Origin: an uncultured Nitrospiraceae bacterium
GTDB lineage: Bacteria; Nitrospirota; UBA9217
Direction: 5' to 3'
Assembly (NCBI GenBank): GCA_964412455.1
Contig: CAYPOT010000009.1
Location: 5,179-69,178 of the forward strand
DNA: 64,000 nt
This document shows, piece by piece, positions 1 through 9,660 of the stretch; the first letter of the stretch is position 1; the number at the start of each line of letters is the position of its first letter. Position numbers and translations under genes: made by a program. The notes under the pieces were generated by a model, which saw only the letters and a program-made list of their open reading frames with translations, had not been told where the DNA came from and did no database searches.

Positions 1-440
1 CGCTAAAATGGGTCGAAAAGGCCGCCGCCGAGACCGCTGAGAACACCGGCATGGTCCTGAATCTTGCGCTCTCCTATGGCGGGCGCGGCGAGATATTGGA
101 GGCCGTCAGGCGCATGCAGGACTCCGGCGGTGTTCCCGGGGACCTCACGGAGGAGCGTTTCGCCTCCCATCTCGACACGGCGGGACTGCCCGATCCGGAC
201 CTGATCATCCGCACGAGCGGGGAGAAGCGGATCAGCAACTTTCTTCTGTGGCAGTCGGCCTACGCAGAGCTCTATTTCACGGACGTCCTGTGGCCGGATT
301 TCGATGAGAAAGAACTTCTCACGGCGTTCCTTGATTACCAGCGCCGGCAGCGCCGCTTTGGTCTCACCGAGGAGCAGCTTGGCGGAAATGCCGGGCATCC
401 TTCCGGGGTCCTGTCGTCCGCGAACAAATTACGGCAGTAA
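1..440 (+). CDS. uppS: Undecaprenyl-diphosphate synthase (isoprenyl transferase), 5'-truncated at window edge (reading phase from nt 3)
   Basis: Translation ...LNLALSYGGRGEI...RTSGEKRISNFLLWQSAYAELYFTDVLWPDF matches the UppS C-terminal consensus. It is followed by cdsA-dxr-rseP, the classic conserved cluster. Confidence 0.85.
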   Translation, partial: LKWVEKAAAETAENTGMVLNLALSYGGRGEILEAVRRMQDSGGVPGDLTEERFASHLDTAGLPDPDLIIRTSGEKRISNFLLWQSAYAELYFTDVLWPDFDEKELLTAFLDYQRRQRRFGLTEEQLGGNAGHPSGVLSSANKLRQ

Positions 441-452
441 CGGAGTCCTTCG

Positions 453-1259
453 ATGAGCTCTACCCGTGTACTGACCAGTATCGTGCTGGTCCCCGTTCTT
501 TTCGTTGTCGTCTGGTACCTGCCGTCAGGGTATTTCGCAGCGTTGGCGATCATCGCCGCCGCGATCGGTCAATACGAGCTGTACAAGATGGCGCGGGTGC
601 GGGGTGGGATCACACCGTTGGCGCTCCTTGGAATCTTGCTCGGGGCCCTTGTTGTCCTCAATGTCTACCGCCCCATCCTTACCTACCGCGGCGGGCCGTA
701 CGTCTGGATCGCCCTGTGTGTGATGGCGGTCATCGTGGCCCGTCTTTTTTCCCGGCGGCCGGTGGAAGGAGCCCTTGATGATATTGCGGTCACGGTATTC
801 GGCATCGTTTACGTGGCCTTGCTGTTCGCGTTTCAGGTCGCGATCCATGCCGGTCCCTCCGGGAAGAAGTGGCTGGTATTCCTCTATCTGGTGATCTGGG
901 CGTCGGACACCGGCGCCTACTATGTGGGCACGGCCTTCGGGAAGCACCGCCTCTACGAGAAGATCAGCCCGAAGAAGAGCGTCGAGGGGCTTCTCGGCGG
1001 GCTCCTCGCTTCGGTCCTCGTCGCGGTACTTGGTAAACTATGGCTCGTGCCTTCGCTCGGGATCATCGAGGCCGCTGTTCTCGGGGCCGTCCTTGCGCTG
1101 GCCGGGACCGCGGGCGACCTTGCGGAATCGCTTATCAAACGGAGCGCGGGCGTCAAGGACTCCGGGACGATCATTCCCGGCCACGGAGGCCTCCTGGACC
1201 GCATGGACAGTATGCTGTTTGCAGCGCCGGTGCTGTTCTTTTATTTACGAATGAGATGA
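453..1259 (+). CDS. cdsA: Phosphatidate cytidylyltransferase (CDP-diglyceride synthase)
   Basis: 268-aa polytopic membrane protein with a CdsA-like C-terminal region (GHGGLLDRMDS); conserved position between uppS and dxr. Confidence 0.85.
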   Translation: MSSTRVLTSIVLVPVLFVVVWYLPSGYFAALAIIAAAIGQYELYKMARVRGGITPLALLGILLGALVVLNVYRPILTYRGGPYVWIALCVMAVIVARLFSRRPVEGALDDIAVTVFGIVYVALLFAFQVAIHAGPSGKKWLVFLYLVIWASDTGAYYVGTAFGKHRLYEKISPKKSVEGLLGGLLASVLVAVLGKLWLVPSLGIIEAAVLGAVLALAGTAGDLAESLIKRSAGVKDSGTIIPGHGGLLDRMDSMLFAAPVLFFYLRMR

Positions 1260-1283
1260 ATAATTTCGGTTTCTGAATGAACC

Positions 1284-1342
1284 GTAGGGGCAACCCTATG
1301 TGGTTGCCCTGCTCCAGGGCGGCCACGCAGGGCCGCCCCTAC
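1284..1342. repeat. REP-A intergenic repeat, copy 1 (GTAGGGGCAACCCTATGTGGTTGCCC-N-GGGCGGCCACGCAGGGCCGCCCCTAC)
   Basis: Near-identical ~60-bp element also at 15530-15576, 34149-34213 and 52586-52644. It has terminal inverted repeats GTAGGGG/CCCCTAC and two internal hairpins. Confidence 0.8.
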
Positions 1343-1356
1343 CTGTTCCTGATCAT

Positions 1357-2517
1357 ATGATTAAAAGGATATCCATACTCGGCTCCACCGGCTCCATCGG
1401 CACTTCCACGCTTGCCGTGGTCGAACGATTCCCGGACCGATTCGCTGTCGTCGCGATCGCGGGAGGGAACAACAGCGAGCTGCTGGAGTCCCAGATCCGG
1501 AAGTTCAAACCCTCGATCGCCGCCATTGCGGGTGAGAAGGCCGCGGAAGAACTGCGGAAGCGGTGCGCGGACCTTCCGGTCACGATCCTCTCGGGCGTCG
1601 AGGGGACGATCCGGGTCGCCGCCGCGGAGAACGCGGACATCACGGTCTCTGCCATTGTCGGCACGGCCGGGCTGGTCCCGACGATGGCCGCGATCCAGGC
1701 AGGCAAGGACATCGCCCTGGCGAACAAAGAGGTGCTCGTCACCGCCGGCGAGCTGGTCATGGCCGAGTGCCGCAGCCGGAAAGTCAGGCTCTTTCCGGTG
1801 GACAGCGAGCACAGCGCCATATTCCAGTGCCTCCATTCCGGCGAACGGGGTGACGTCAGACGTCTCATCCTCACGGCGTCGGGCGGGCCTTTCCGGAACC
1901 ATACGAAGAAGGATCTCGCGAAGGCGACCCTGGCCCAGGCGCTGAAACATCCGAACTGGAACATGGGAAAAAAGATCACCATCGACTCGGCCACCCTGAT
2001 GAACAAAGGCCTCGAGGTGATCGAGGCGCACTGGCTTTTCGGCATGGGACCGGAACAGATCAACGTGCTGGTCCATCCGCAGAGCATTGTGCACTCGCTC
2101 GTCGAATACCAGGACGGCTCCGTCGTGGCCCAGCTCGGAATGCCCGACATGAAGGGGCCCATCGCGTACGCCCTTTCCTATCCGGACCGTCTTCCCGATG
2201 TTGCGCCGGGGCTCGACCTCGCGTCCATCGCAACGCTCACGTTCCAGGAGCCGGACCGCGACCTGTTCCCCTGCCTCGGCTTCGCCTATGACGCCCTCAG
2301 GGCAGGAGGCAGCATGCCGGCGGTGCTCTCCGCCGCGAATGAAGTTGCGGTCAGGTATTTTCTTGAAGAGAAGATCGGGTTCATGGACATCCCCCGCGTG
2401 CTCAAGGCGACCATGGACGCTCATACGCCGGTATCTTTCAAAAGCGTGGACGAGGCGCTCAAGGCGGACCTCTGGGCACGGCATGAAGCCGAGAAGATCA
2501 TTGCGGAGTGCGGGTAG
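1357..2517 (+). CDS. dxr: 1-deoxy-D-xylulose 5-phosphate reductoisomerase
   Basis: MIKRISILGSTGSIGTSTL N-terminus (NADPH-binding) and LANKEVLV motif. ATG at 1357 chosen over the upstream in-frame codon at 1300, which lies inside the REP-A repeat. Confidence 0.9.
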   Translation: MIKRISILGSTGSIGTSTLAVVERFPDRFAVVAIAGGNNSELLESQIRKFKPSIAAIAGEKAAEELRKRCADLPVTILSGVEGTIRVAAAENADITVSAIVGTAGLVPTMAAIQAGKDIALANKEVLVTAGELVMAECRSRKVRLFPVDSEHSAIFQCLHSGERGDVRRLILTASGGPFRNHTKKDLAKATLAQALKHPNWNMGKKITIDSATLMNKGLEVIEAHWLFGMGPEQINVLVHPQSIVHSLVEYQDGSVVAQLGMPDMKGPIAYALSYPDRLPDVAPGLDLASIATLTFQEPDRDLFPCLGFAYDALRAGGSMPAVLSAANEVAVRYFLEEKIGFMDIPRVLKATMDAHTPVSFKSVDEALKADLWARHEAEKIIAECG

Positions 2518-2518
2518 A

Positions 2519-2640
2519 CATGACCCTCACCCCTGCCCCTCTCCCCTGGAGGGAGAGGGAAAAAGGGAGAGGGGGCTTTTTCAACGCCGAGTGCGGAATG
2601 AAAGCCGTCATTCCCCCGAACGCGGGAATCCAGGGTTGTT
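2519..2640. repeat. Two REP-like hairpin repeats: R1 (CACCCCTGCCCCTCTCCCCTGGAGGGAGAGGG...) followed by R2 (GTCATTCCC-N-GGGAATCCAG)
   Basis: R1 is repeated almost exactly at 54903-54975, with variants at 23375-23410, 53213-53265, 57782-57815 and 58160-58192. R2 is repeated at 39673-39700, 39724-39752, 57107-57140, 57160-57195 and 63608-63640. Confidence 0.75.
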
Positions 2641-2759
2641 GCTTGAATATCACGCAGGGTCTTTGACGTATCCGCTTTTATCATAGCTTTTATCGGCTTC
2701 TATCCGTGTCAAAGATTTTGCTCTTAATCTGTGGTCACAACGGTATTTAAGGAGAGACA

Positions 2760-4043
2760 ATGACGCTTATCTATTTTTTGATCGTGATCGGCATCCTCGT
2801 GTTCGTGCACGAGTTCGGCCATTTCATCATGGCGAAGCGGGCCGGCGTGCGGGTGGAGAAGTTCTCCCTCGGCATGGGACCCCGGTTGTTCGGCTATAAG
2901 AAGGGCGACACGGACTACATCATTTCGGCGCTGCCGCTCGGCGGGTACGTGAAGATGGCGGGCGAGAACCCCGACGAGGAACCCACGGGCGCGGCGGACG
3001 AATTCCAGTCCAAGACCATCTGGCAGCGGGCGAAGATCGCGGCGGCCGGTTCCGTGACCAACATCGTCCTCGCGTTCCTGCTGATGCCGCTCGTGTTCAT
3101 GATCGGCACCTATACGTTGGGATCTTCGAGGGTAGGGGGTGTGGTCAAGGGATCTCCTGCTGAGCAGGCAGGGTTTTTGGCGGGGGATACGATCGAACGG
3201 ATAAGCGGCAAAGTGGTCACTGAATGGGAAAAGGTGGATATGTTGATCGCTGTGAATCCCAATACGGAAATCACGGTGGTGATCGATCGTAACGGGGAAA
3301 AAAAGACATTGACGCTCACGCCTCAGTTGGATGCGGAACGCAATATCGGCACTGCGGGCATATACCCTTCATTGTCAGCTGAAGTGGGACGACTTCGCCC
3401 GGGGCTGCCTGCGGAAAAGGCGGGCCTTAAGGTTAACGATAAGATCCTGGCTGTGGACGGCACGACCGTCTATTATTGGAATCAATTCTCCACCATGGTG
3501 AAAGAGAGCGGGGGAAAAAAGCTTTCCTTGCTGATCGAGCGGGAAGGAAAGCGCATGACGACTGCAATTACCCCGATCATGGACAGCGGCCGGCATGTCA
3601 TCGGCGTTGAGCCGTATGTTCGCCTGGATTTCAAGAAATATGGATTTTGGGAGTCCCTTCAGCTTGGTTTCATGAAGACCCTGGAGATCGCGGACCTGAC
3701 GTTCATCACCCTGAAGAAGCTGTTCTCGTTCTCGATCTCCATCAAGGCGCTGGGCGGGCCGGTGATGATCGCCCAGATGTCAGGACAGGCGGCGGCAGCG
3801 GGCCTGTCGGCCTTTATCGCGCTTATGGCCACCATCAGCCTGTCTCTCGGCATGCTGAACCTGCTGCCCATTCCGGTGCTGGACGGCGGCCTGCTCGTGT
3901 TTCTCGCCATCGAAGCGGTCCGGAAGAAACCCCTGAGCCAGAAGGTCATGGAAGTTTCCCAGAGCATCGGCGCCGCTTTGCTGATCACCCTGATCGCGGT
4001 GGTGTCGTACAACGATGTGATGAGGCTGTTCTTCAGTAAATAG
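2760..4043 (+). CDS. rseP: RIP zinc metalloprotease (site-2 protease) with PDZ domains
   Basis: HEFGHFIMAKRAGV (HExxH) near the N-terminus and PDZ-like internal region. Conserved position downstream of dxr. Confidence 0.85.
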   Translation: MTLIYFLIVIGILVFVHEFGHFIMAKRAGVRVEKFSLGMGPRLFGYKKGDTDYIISALPLGGYVKMAGENPDEEPTGAADEFQSKTIWQRAKIAAAGSVTNIVLAFLLMPLVFMIGTYTLGSSRVGGVVKGSPAEQAGFLAGDTIERISGKVVTEWEKVDMLIAVNPNTEITVVIDRNGEKKTLTLTPQLDAERNIGTAGIYPSLSAEVGRLRPGLPAEKAGLKVNDKILAVDGTTVYYWNQFSTMVKESGGKKLSLLIEREGKRMTTAITPIMDSGRHVIGVEPYVRLDFKKYGFWESLQLGFMKTLEIADLTFITLKKLFSFSISIKALGGPVMIAQMSGQAAAAGLSAFIALMATISLSLGMLNLLPIPVLDGGLLVFLAIEAVRKKPLSQKVMEVSQSIGAALLITLIAVVSYNDVMRLFFSK

Positions 4044-4160
4044 AGAAACACCAAATCTCAAACATCAAATAACAAATAATTTTCAATGACCGAAATTTTA
4101 AACATTGGTCATTGGAGTTTGGTGCTTATTTGATATTTGTATTTTGTAATTTGGAATTAA
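4044..4160. repeat. AT-rich imperfect hairpin repeat (arms of CAAAT / ATTTG motifs)
   Basis: Left arm caccaaatctcaaacatcaaataacaaataa, right arm ttatttgatatttgtattttgtaatttgg. A sister element lies at 51180-51300. Confidence 0.6.
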
Positions 4161-4164
4161 AGCA

Positions 4165-5262
4165 ATGAACCTTATCCCCCGCAAGAAGACTCGTTCGATC
4201 GCCCTCGGCAGCGTGAAGATCGGCTGGGGCTCGCCGGTTGCCGTCCAGTCCATGTGCAACACGGACACTCGGGACGCCGACACCACGCTCGTGCAGATCC
4301 GGCGTCTTGAAGCAGCCGGTTGCGAGATCGTCCGGCTTGCCGTGCCCGACACCGAGGCCGCGAAGGCCATCGGGAAGATCCGGAAAGGTACGACCGTTCC
4401 GCTCGTGGCCGATATCCACTTCGATCACCGGCTTGCCCTCGAAGCGGTGAAGCAGGGCGTTGATGGCCTTCGCATCAATCCGGGCAATATCGGAGGCAGG
4501 GACAAGGTCGCGGAAGTAGTGAGCGCCTGCAAGGACCGGCGTCTTCCCATTCGCATCGGGGTGAACGCGGGATCGCTCGAGAAGCACCTGCTAGAAAAGT
4601 ACGGCCACCCCACTCCTGAGGCTATCGTCGAGAGCGCGTTCGGCCATATTCGCATTCTTGAGGACCTGGATTACCGGGAGATCAAGGTCTCGCTCAAGGC
4701 GTCGGACGTTCTGACCACGGTCGAGGCCTACCGCCTGTTTGCGAAGCAGTCGGACTATCCTCTGCACATCGGCATCTCCGAGGCGGGCACGATCCACTCC
4801 GGCACGATCAAGTCGAGCGTCGGCCTCGGGATCCTGCTCGCCGAGGGCATCGGCGACACCATGCGGGTGTCGCTTACCGCGGACCCGGTCGAAGAGGTCC
4901 GCGTGGCCTACGGGATCCTTAAATCGCTCAAGATCCGTGAGCGGGGAGTGAATCTTATCTCCTGCCCCACCTGCGGCAGGACCGAGATCAATATCATCGG
5001 CCTTGCCGAAGAAGTGGAGCGCAGGCTCGGCCATATCACCGAGCCGCTCACCGTCGCGGTCATGGGCTGCGTGGTGAACGGGCCGGGCGAAGCGCGCGAG
5101 GCCGACATCGGCATCGCCGGCGGCAAAGGCGTGGGCATGCTGTTCAAGCACGGCGAGATCGTGAAAAGGTTCGACGAGAAAGAACTGGCGGATGTGCTGG
5201 TGAGGGAAGTTGAGAAGATGGTTCAATTACGTTCAAAGTTCAAGGTTCAAAGTTCAAAGTAG
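4165..5262 (+). CDS. ispG: 4-hydroxy-3-methylbut-2-enyl diphosphate synthase
   Basis: 365 aa; GcpE family features (RIGVNAGSLE, CPTCGRTE Fe-S cysteines). Confidence 0.9.
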   Translation: MNLIPRKKTRSIALGSVKIGWGSPVAVQSMCNTDTRDADTTLVQIRRLEAAGCEIVRLAVPDTEAAKAIGKIRKGTTVPLVADIHFDHRLALEAVKQGVDGLRINPGNIGGRDKVAEVVSACKDRRLPIRIGVNAGSLEKHLLEKYGHPTPEAIVESAFGHIRILEDLDYREIKVSLKASDVLTTVEAYRLFAKQSDYPLHIGISEAGTIHSGTIKSSVGLGILLAEGIGDTMRVSLTADPVEEVRVAYGILKSLKIRERGVNLISCPTCGRTEINIIGLAEEVERRLGHITEPLTVAVMGCVVNGPGEAREADIGIAGGKGVGMLFKHGEIVKRFDEKELADVLVREVEKMVQLRSKFKVQSSK

Positions 5263-5374
5263 GACTTCATTTTGCCGGATACCATTCCTTTTCGTTTGCA
5301 ATCAACGGGGTTCTCTGATAAATTAACACTATCGGCTGTAGGAGCGGTTAAAGCGCGCAGCCTGGAGGCATGCG

Positions 5375-5665
5375 ATGTCGACTATATCGATCAAAGGTGA
5401 TTCTTCGGAAACAGTCAGGTCACTCCTGACAAGTGCGTTGGACAGGGAAAAGCGCATTATTACTGACAGTTTGCGAACAACACGCGATAAGGTGAATGCC
5501 CTGGCAATAATGCTGTCGGTTGATGTTGAAAAGCTGATGCGGGGCGAGATCGAGCATGCTGAATCAAAGGACATGCAATTAATCGAACTCGAAGGGGAAG
5601 TCGAACTGCTCAGGCATCTTGAGACAGAGCTCAGGGAACTTGAAACCCTTGAAATATGCAGATAA
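5375..5665 (+). CDS. Small coiled-coil protein, putative antitoxin partner of the downstream DUF6516-like gene
   Basis: 96-aa ORF overlapping the next ORF by 10 nt, indicating translational coupling. Sits in an accessory-looking region of lower GC. Confidence 0.35.
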   Translation: MSTISIKGDSSETVRSLLTSALDREKRIITDSLRTTRDKVNALAIMLSVDVEKLMRGEIEHAESKDMQLIELEGEVELLRHLETELRELETLEICR

Positions 5666-6051
5666 AGGCATACCTTGACGGAATTCTCGATACACTTGCC
5701 GCGAATCCCCATGTGGAAGCCCAAAGTATTTCCTTTGAAGAACGCCCTCCCGATGCAGTCATCATAACAGGTATTGTCGCATTCATCGACGGCTCAAAAC
5801 TGCATATCAAAGAATTCCTGGTCCTGAAACCCGCTCATGCGGCTATCCTCAAGTATGGCTATCACTACGTGTCGAGTAAAGGTGAATTGATCTTCCGATA
5901 CGACAATGCGCTCGATCCCAAGGCGAGGGGATTGTCGACCTATCCGGAGCACAAACATGCTCCCGACGGATTAAAAGAAACCCGAAGACCATCGTGGCAG
6001 GATATTTTACGAGAAATTTCGAGCTCAATAGGCCAGTACATCAGGAAATAA
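5656..6051 (+). CDS. DUF6516 / TumE-family-like putative toxin
   Basis: 131 aa with ...IFRYDNALDPKARGLSTYPEHKHAPDG, resembling the RYDNAPHh..PHHKH signature I recall for DUF6516 (from memory, not searched). Confidence 0.4.
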   Translation: MQIKAYLDGILDTLAANPHVEAQSISFEERPPDAVIITGIVAFIDGSKLHIKEFLVLKPAHAAILKYGYHYVSSKGELIFRYDNALDPKARGLSTYPEHKHAPDGLKETRRPSWQDILREISSSIGQYIRK

Positions 6052-6069
6052 AACATTTTCGGAGACCCC

Positions 6070-6171
6070 ATGCGTTATTCCCGTTTGTTCATCCCCACCC
6101 TGAAAGAAGCCCCGACCGACGCCGAGGCGGTCTCGCACAAGCTCATGGTGCGCGCGGGCTTCGTGCGATAA
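6070..6171 (+). pseudogene. Displaced 5' fragment of proS (first 33 codons, then stop)
   Basis: atgcgttattcccgtttgttcatccccaccctgaaagaagccccgaccgacgccgaggcggtctcgcacaagctcatggtgcgcgcgggcttcgtgcg duplicates the start of intact proS at 13824. The GGAGA RBS is retained. Confidence 0.85.
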
Positions 6172-6210
6172 TCGGCGCCCTGCGGCAGCGTATGATGTAA
6201 ATAAATTTGA

Positions 6211-6239
6211 TTGACAATGGTTAGTATGAATATTATAAT
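6211..6239 (+). promoter_or_regulatory. Sigma70-like promoter TTGACA-N17-TATAAT upstream of the vapB-like gene
   Basis: Exact consensus hexamers at 6211-6216 and 6234-6239 with a 17-nt spacer, inside a short AT-rich block about 50 nt upstream of ATG 6289. Confidence 0.5.
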
Positions 6240-6288
6240 AAAGTATGATATATATTTTTGAATCGTATCTGATGGCAGGAGCGGGACA

Positions 6289-6534
6289 ATGAAAACGCTG
6301 ATGAGCGAGAGGGGTCAGGTGGTGATCCCGAAAAAGATCCGGGAGACCATTCACCTCCATAAAGGCGACGAACTGGAGATCGAGGTGCGCGATGAGACGA
6401 TCGTGCTGAAGCCGCTTCGCAGGTTCAAGGCCAAAAAATGGCAGGATTACGCCGGAATCGGTGAAGGCATCGTGGCTGCCCATCTCAAGGACAAGAAGAA
6501 GGAAAAAGCCGATGAAGATGCTTATTCTCGATAG
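6289..6534 (+). CDS. AbrB/MazE/SpoVT-domain antitoxin (VapB-like)
   Basis: MKTLMSERGQVVIPKKIRETIHLHKGDELEIEV is a swapped-hairpin AbrB-type DNA-binding motif. It overlaps the downstream PIN gene. Confidence 0.7.
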   Translation: MKTLMSERGQVVIPKKIRETIHLHKGDELEIEVRDETIVLKPLRRFKAKKWQDYAGIGEGIVAAHLKDKKKEKADEDAYSR

Positions 6535-6931
6535 CTACGCACTGCTCTGTCTTTTCGATAAAAAGCGCAGGACGGAGAAGGAAGCGATAATGTCCTATCT
6601 TGAGGATGCGGGCAAAGGCAAGGCGAAGCTTTATATCAGCAAGATCAACGAAGGTGAAGTGTTTTATAAGCTCTATAAGTATTTCGGCGCCGAGATCGCG
6701 ACCGGATTCAGGGCAGACCTCAAGCGGGGAATGTTCCCCCTGCATGTCGTGCCCGTGAATGATAAACGAATAGACGAAGCGTCCGTGATTAAGGCGAAAT
6801 ATCCGGTATCCTACGCCGACGCATTTTGCATAGAACTTGCCAGGGACATGAACCTGCCTGTGGTGACAGGTGATCCGGAATTCGAGGCTGTGAAGGACCT
6901 GATAAAGCTACAGCCGCTTGCGGAACAGTAG
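6512..6931 (+). CDS. PIN-domain toxin (VapC-like)
   Basis: MKMLILDSYALL... (conserved acidic D near the N-terminus) ...TGDPEF; ~140 aa, overlapping the antitoxin stop. Confidence 0.65.
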   Translation: MKMLILDSYALLCLFDKKRRTEKEAIMSYLEDAGKGKAKLYISKINEGEVFYKLYKYFGAEIATGFRADLKRGMFPLHVVPVNDKRIDEASVIKAKYPVSYADAFCIELARDMNLPVVTGDPEFEAVKDLIKLQPLAEQ

Positions 6932-6949
6932 CTCCTATGCGGACTTTCC

Positions 6950-7056
6950 GCACGGCGAGATCGTGAAGAAGTCCGATGAGAAGGAATTGGCCGATGTGCT
7001 GGTGAGGGAAGTGGAAGATTTAGTTCGGCAAAAAAATAAAAGGTAAGATCGTATTT
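6950..7056 (+). pseudogene. Displaced 3' fragment of ispG (last ~35 codons)
   Basis: cacggcgagatcgtgaagaagtccgatgagaaggaattggccgatgtgctggtgagggaagtggaag duplicates ispG 5150-5215. It encodes ...HGEIVKKSDEKELADVLVREVEDLVRQKNKR*. Confidence 0.8.
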
Positions 7057-7115
7057 CGTTTGGTGTCTCTTACATTGATAAAATGCACCAATGTTGTTTA
7101 AGAGAGATTTCAATT

Positions 7116-8435
7116 ATGAAAAAATATTATGATCCTTTATATGGTGAAATCAAGCTAGATGAGCTTGTCTTTAGTATTATTGAAAAATGTCCTGAAATAA
7201 AGCGGCTCAGATATGTCGGCCTCATGAATTTCAAATCTTTGAGCATGCTACCTTTAACAAGCATCACGAGGTTAGAACATACAATTGGTCTATCGTACCT
7301 AGCACAATTATTTGCCGACTCAAATTCTTTTTCAAAAACATCGAGGAACAATTTAATCGTCGCTTCACTTTTTCATGATGTTAACAGCGCGTCATTTGGA
7401 CATGCTATTGAATGGGCAGTGGATCGCTATACGCCTTATAACCACGAAAAGGAAACCGAGTGGTTAGCTGATAAAGAAAAGACCTCGTTTTTAAACAAAA
7501 AGCCAATATTTATTGAGCAATATGGTGTGACAAGATATGATTTGGAAAAAGAATATGGATTTAACTTGACTAAGGCTTATCAAATTATTAACGGAGTGGA
7601 TTCATTTACAATTAACAATAATGGAATAGATCTAGATAACGTTGACAACGTTTTTCGTATGGGTTTATACATGGGGCTGGAACCTTTCGAAAAGGGATGC
7701 CCTGTAAGGTTAGCCAAGAGTTTAAAGATAGTTGACGGGCGTGATAATTTTGTTATTAAAGAGGAAGCTATTGACTTAGTGATGACATGGTATCAATTAA
7801 GAGCGAATATTTACGGGAGATTTATTTACTCCGAAGAGTATATGGGTTATGAATATCTTTTATTTCAACTTATTGCTGAGTATGCAAAACACGTTGAGTT
7901 TGATAGCATAAGAAATCTTTTTAATTACACGGATGAAAATCTATTGTGGCATTTTTATGATAAGAAGAATTCGCTCCCGTCGGTAAGTAATATAGCGAGC
8001 ATGTTATTATTGCATGATATTCCTAAGACATACGCAATATTGCGCTCAGATGAATTTGACAAAAAAGAAAAACTAATTAAACCTGGAATTCTAGATGCTA
8101 TTGCCCAAAGTGTGAGTGAGTATTTGCACAATTCTAAAGAGGTTTCGAACACATCATCAGGGGAAATATTTTTGCATTTAACGACAGACGATAGAAAAAC
8201 CAACAGACAAATTGACTTTTATGTAGAGAAGAGTGGAGAAGTTGTTAAGCAATCTATAGGTTTCGATAAGAGATACATTGTTATTGGTGTATTGGGGAAA
8301 AAAAATCTGTCAGAAAAAGTAAAAACGCTAATCGCAGAAAAAACCATTGAAAAGCTTAGAAGCAGTAATTTGGGTAATTTCGATAATATTGAATTCGTCG
8401 AATCAAATGCGTTAAAGCAAAAAGTGCTATTCTAG
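7116..8435 (+). CDS. HD-domain phosphohydrolase, dGTPase/SAMHD1-like (dNTP triphosphohydrolase-like)
   Basis: DPLYGEIKL...IKRLRYVGLMNF...TRLEHTIGLSYLA...LIVASLFHDV, pattern of Dgt/SAMHD1 N-terminal HD region. First gene of the AT-rich operon. Alternative ATG at 7083. Confidence 0.55.
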   Translation: MKKYYDPLYGEIKLDELVFSIIEKCPEIKRLRYVGLMNFKSLSMLPLTSITRLEHTIGLSYLAQLFADSNSFSKTSRNNLIVASLFHDVNSASFGHAIEWAVDRYTPYNHEKETEWLADKEKTSFLNKKPIFIEQYGVTRYDLEKEYGFNLTKAYQIINGVDSFTINNNGIDLDNVDNVFRMGLYMGLEPFEKGCPVRLAKSLKIVDGRDNFVIKEEAIDLVMTWYQLRANIYGRFIYSEEYMGYEYLLFQLIAEYAKHVEFDSIRNLFNYTDENLLWHFYDKKNSLPSVSNIASMLLLHDIPKTYAILRSDEFDKKEKLIKPGILDAIAQSVSEYLHNSKEVSNTSSGEIFLHLTTDDRKTNRQIDFYVEKSGEVVKQSIGFDKRYIVIGVLGKKNLSEKVKTLIAEKTIEKLRSSNLGNFDNIEFVESNALKQKVLF

Positions 8436-8451
8436 CCGCACCTTTTAATTT

Positions 8452-9660
8452 ATGGAAAAGAAAAAAGATATTTCGCATTTTGATTTGCTTGATTGGAATT
8501 TTACTAGAGAAGATTCGAGACTCTACTTGCACAATTTCTGTTGGTATCCTTCAAGATTCATCCCAATAATCCCAGCCCACTTAATTCAAGCCCTAAGCAA
8601 GACCAATGAAACTGTGCTGGATCCGTTTTGCGGAATAGGGACTACGTTAGTCGAGGCTTTGAAGCAGAGGCGAAATGCAATTGGCGTTGATTTAAATCCA
8701 ATCGCATGCTTTGTCTCTAAAACTAAAGGAAAAATATTGACAGGTCATAAAGTAAACCTGTCTCTAATTGAAGGCTTGTTAGAAAACCTGGCGCCGTTGA
8801 GTGGTGATGATCTATTCACAAAAAAACGCACAGGTAGAGGTCATTATAATTTACGGGAGAAGTCAATCCCAAATTACGCTGTCAATGTGGAATGGTTTCA
8901 TCCCGAAACTTTAAAAATGCTTTCGCATATATACTATTCTGTCGAAGATCTTCCGAGAGGACTTACGAGGGATATATGCAAAATATTTTTTATTTCAATT
9001 CTCATGCAGTCCTCCGGGCACGATTTGAATAAGCCATACACTTATTATGCAGACAATGTGAAGCCTAAAAAAGAAAAATTGATTAAAGACGCCTACAAAC
9101 TATATGTGCAAAAATTGGATAAATTTTTATGTGAATATAAGCTCATAGAGTTACCCGAGAAAAACAGGCTGGATTTTGCCGTATACAACGAAGATGCGAG
9201 AGGGTTAGAAGGTTTGGTGGATAAAAAAGTTGACCTTATAGTTACTTCGCCTCCGTATTTAAATGTTACTGACTATACAACTGGCTTTAGGTTAGCTCAT
9301 CTGTGGTATAGCTTTCAAAAGGATATGCGTATTGAGGACATTAAAAGAAGAGAAATTGGTGCTCGATACAGGCGGAAGTCACGTAACAGTTTAAATGAAT
9401 ATGTCGGGGATATGCAGTCAGTCCTTTGCAAAATGGACAGCGTTTTAAAGACCAATGGGTATCTTTGCTTGATTCTTGGTGAATCACAAAAATACTCCAA
9501 GATTGTGAATAAGATAATAATGGACTTTATGTCGAACGAATTGCGGTTAGAATATATTGATTCTTTTAGTCGTGAGATAATAAAAAAATTCTTCATTCAT
9601 CCAAATGGTGGGGGTGTCAGTACAGAAGAAATTATTATTTACAGAAAAAAAAGAAAGTGA
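8452..9660 (+). CDS. DNA methyltransferase, N4/N6 family (motif I FxGxG then motif IV SPPY)
   Basis: VLDPFCGIGTTLVEA...IGVDLNP (AdoMet motifs I-III) and DLIVTSPPY (catalytic motif IV) about 200 aa later. SPPY is typical of N4-cytosine methyltransferases. Confidence 0.65.
   Translation: MEKKKDISHFDLLDWNFTREDSRLYLHNFCWYPSRFIPIIPAHLIQALSKTNETVLDPFCGIGTTLVEALKQRRNAIGVDLNPIACFVSKTKGKILTGHKVNLSLIEGLLENLAPLSGDDLFTKKRTGRGHYNLREKSIPNYAVNVEWFHPETLKMLSHIYYSVEDLPRGLTRDICKIFFISILMQSSGHDLNKPYTYYADNVKPKKEKLIKDAYKLYVQKLDKFLCEYKLIELPEKNRLDFAVYNEDARGLEGLVDKKVDLIVTSPPYLNVTDYTTGFRLAHLWYSFQKDMRIEDIKRREIGARYRRKSRNSLNEYVGDMQSVLCKMDSVLKTNGYLCLILGESQKYSKIVNKIIMDFMSNELRLEYIDSFSREIIKKFFIHPNGGGVSTEEIIIYRKKRK

Noticed and set aside
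1339-2484. Long minus-strand ORFs antisense to core genes (for example 1339-2484 opposite dxr, 20729-21778 opposite fumA, 47786-49336 opposite gspD, 17230-18525 opposite gspE-like)
   Set aside because: They have the typical open antisense frames of GC-rich DNA. Their translations are Arg/Gly/Pro-rich with no motifs, while the sense frames have clear homology.
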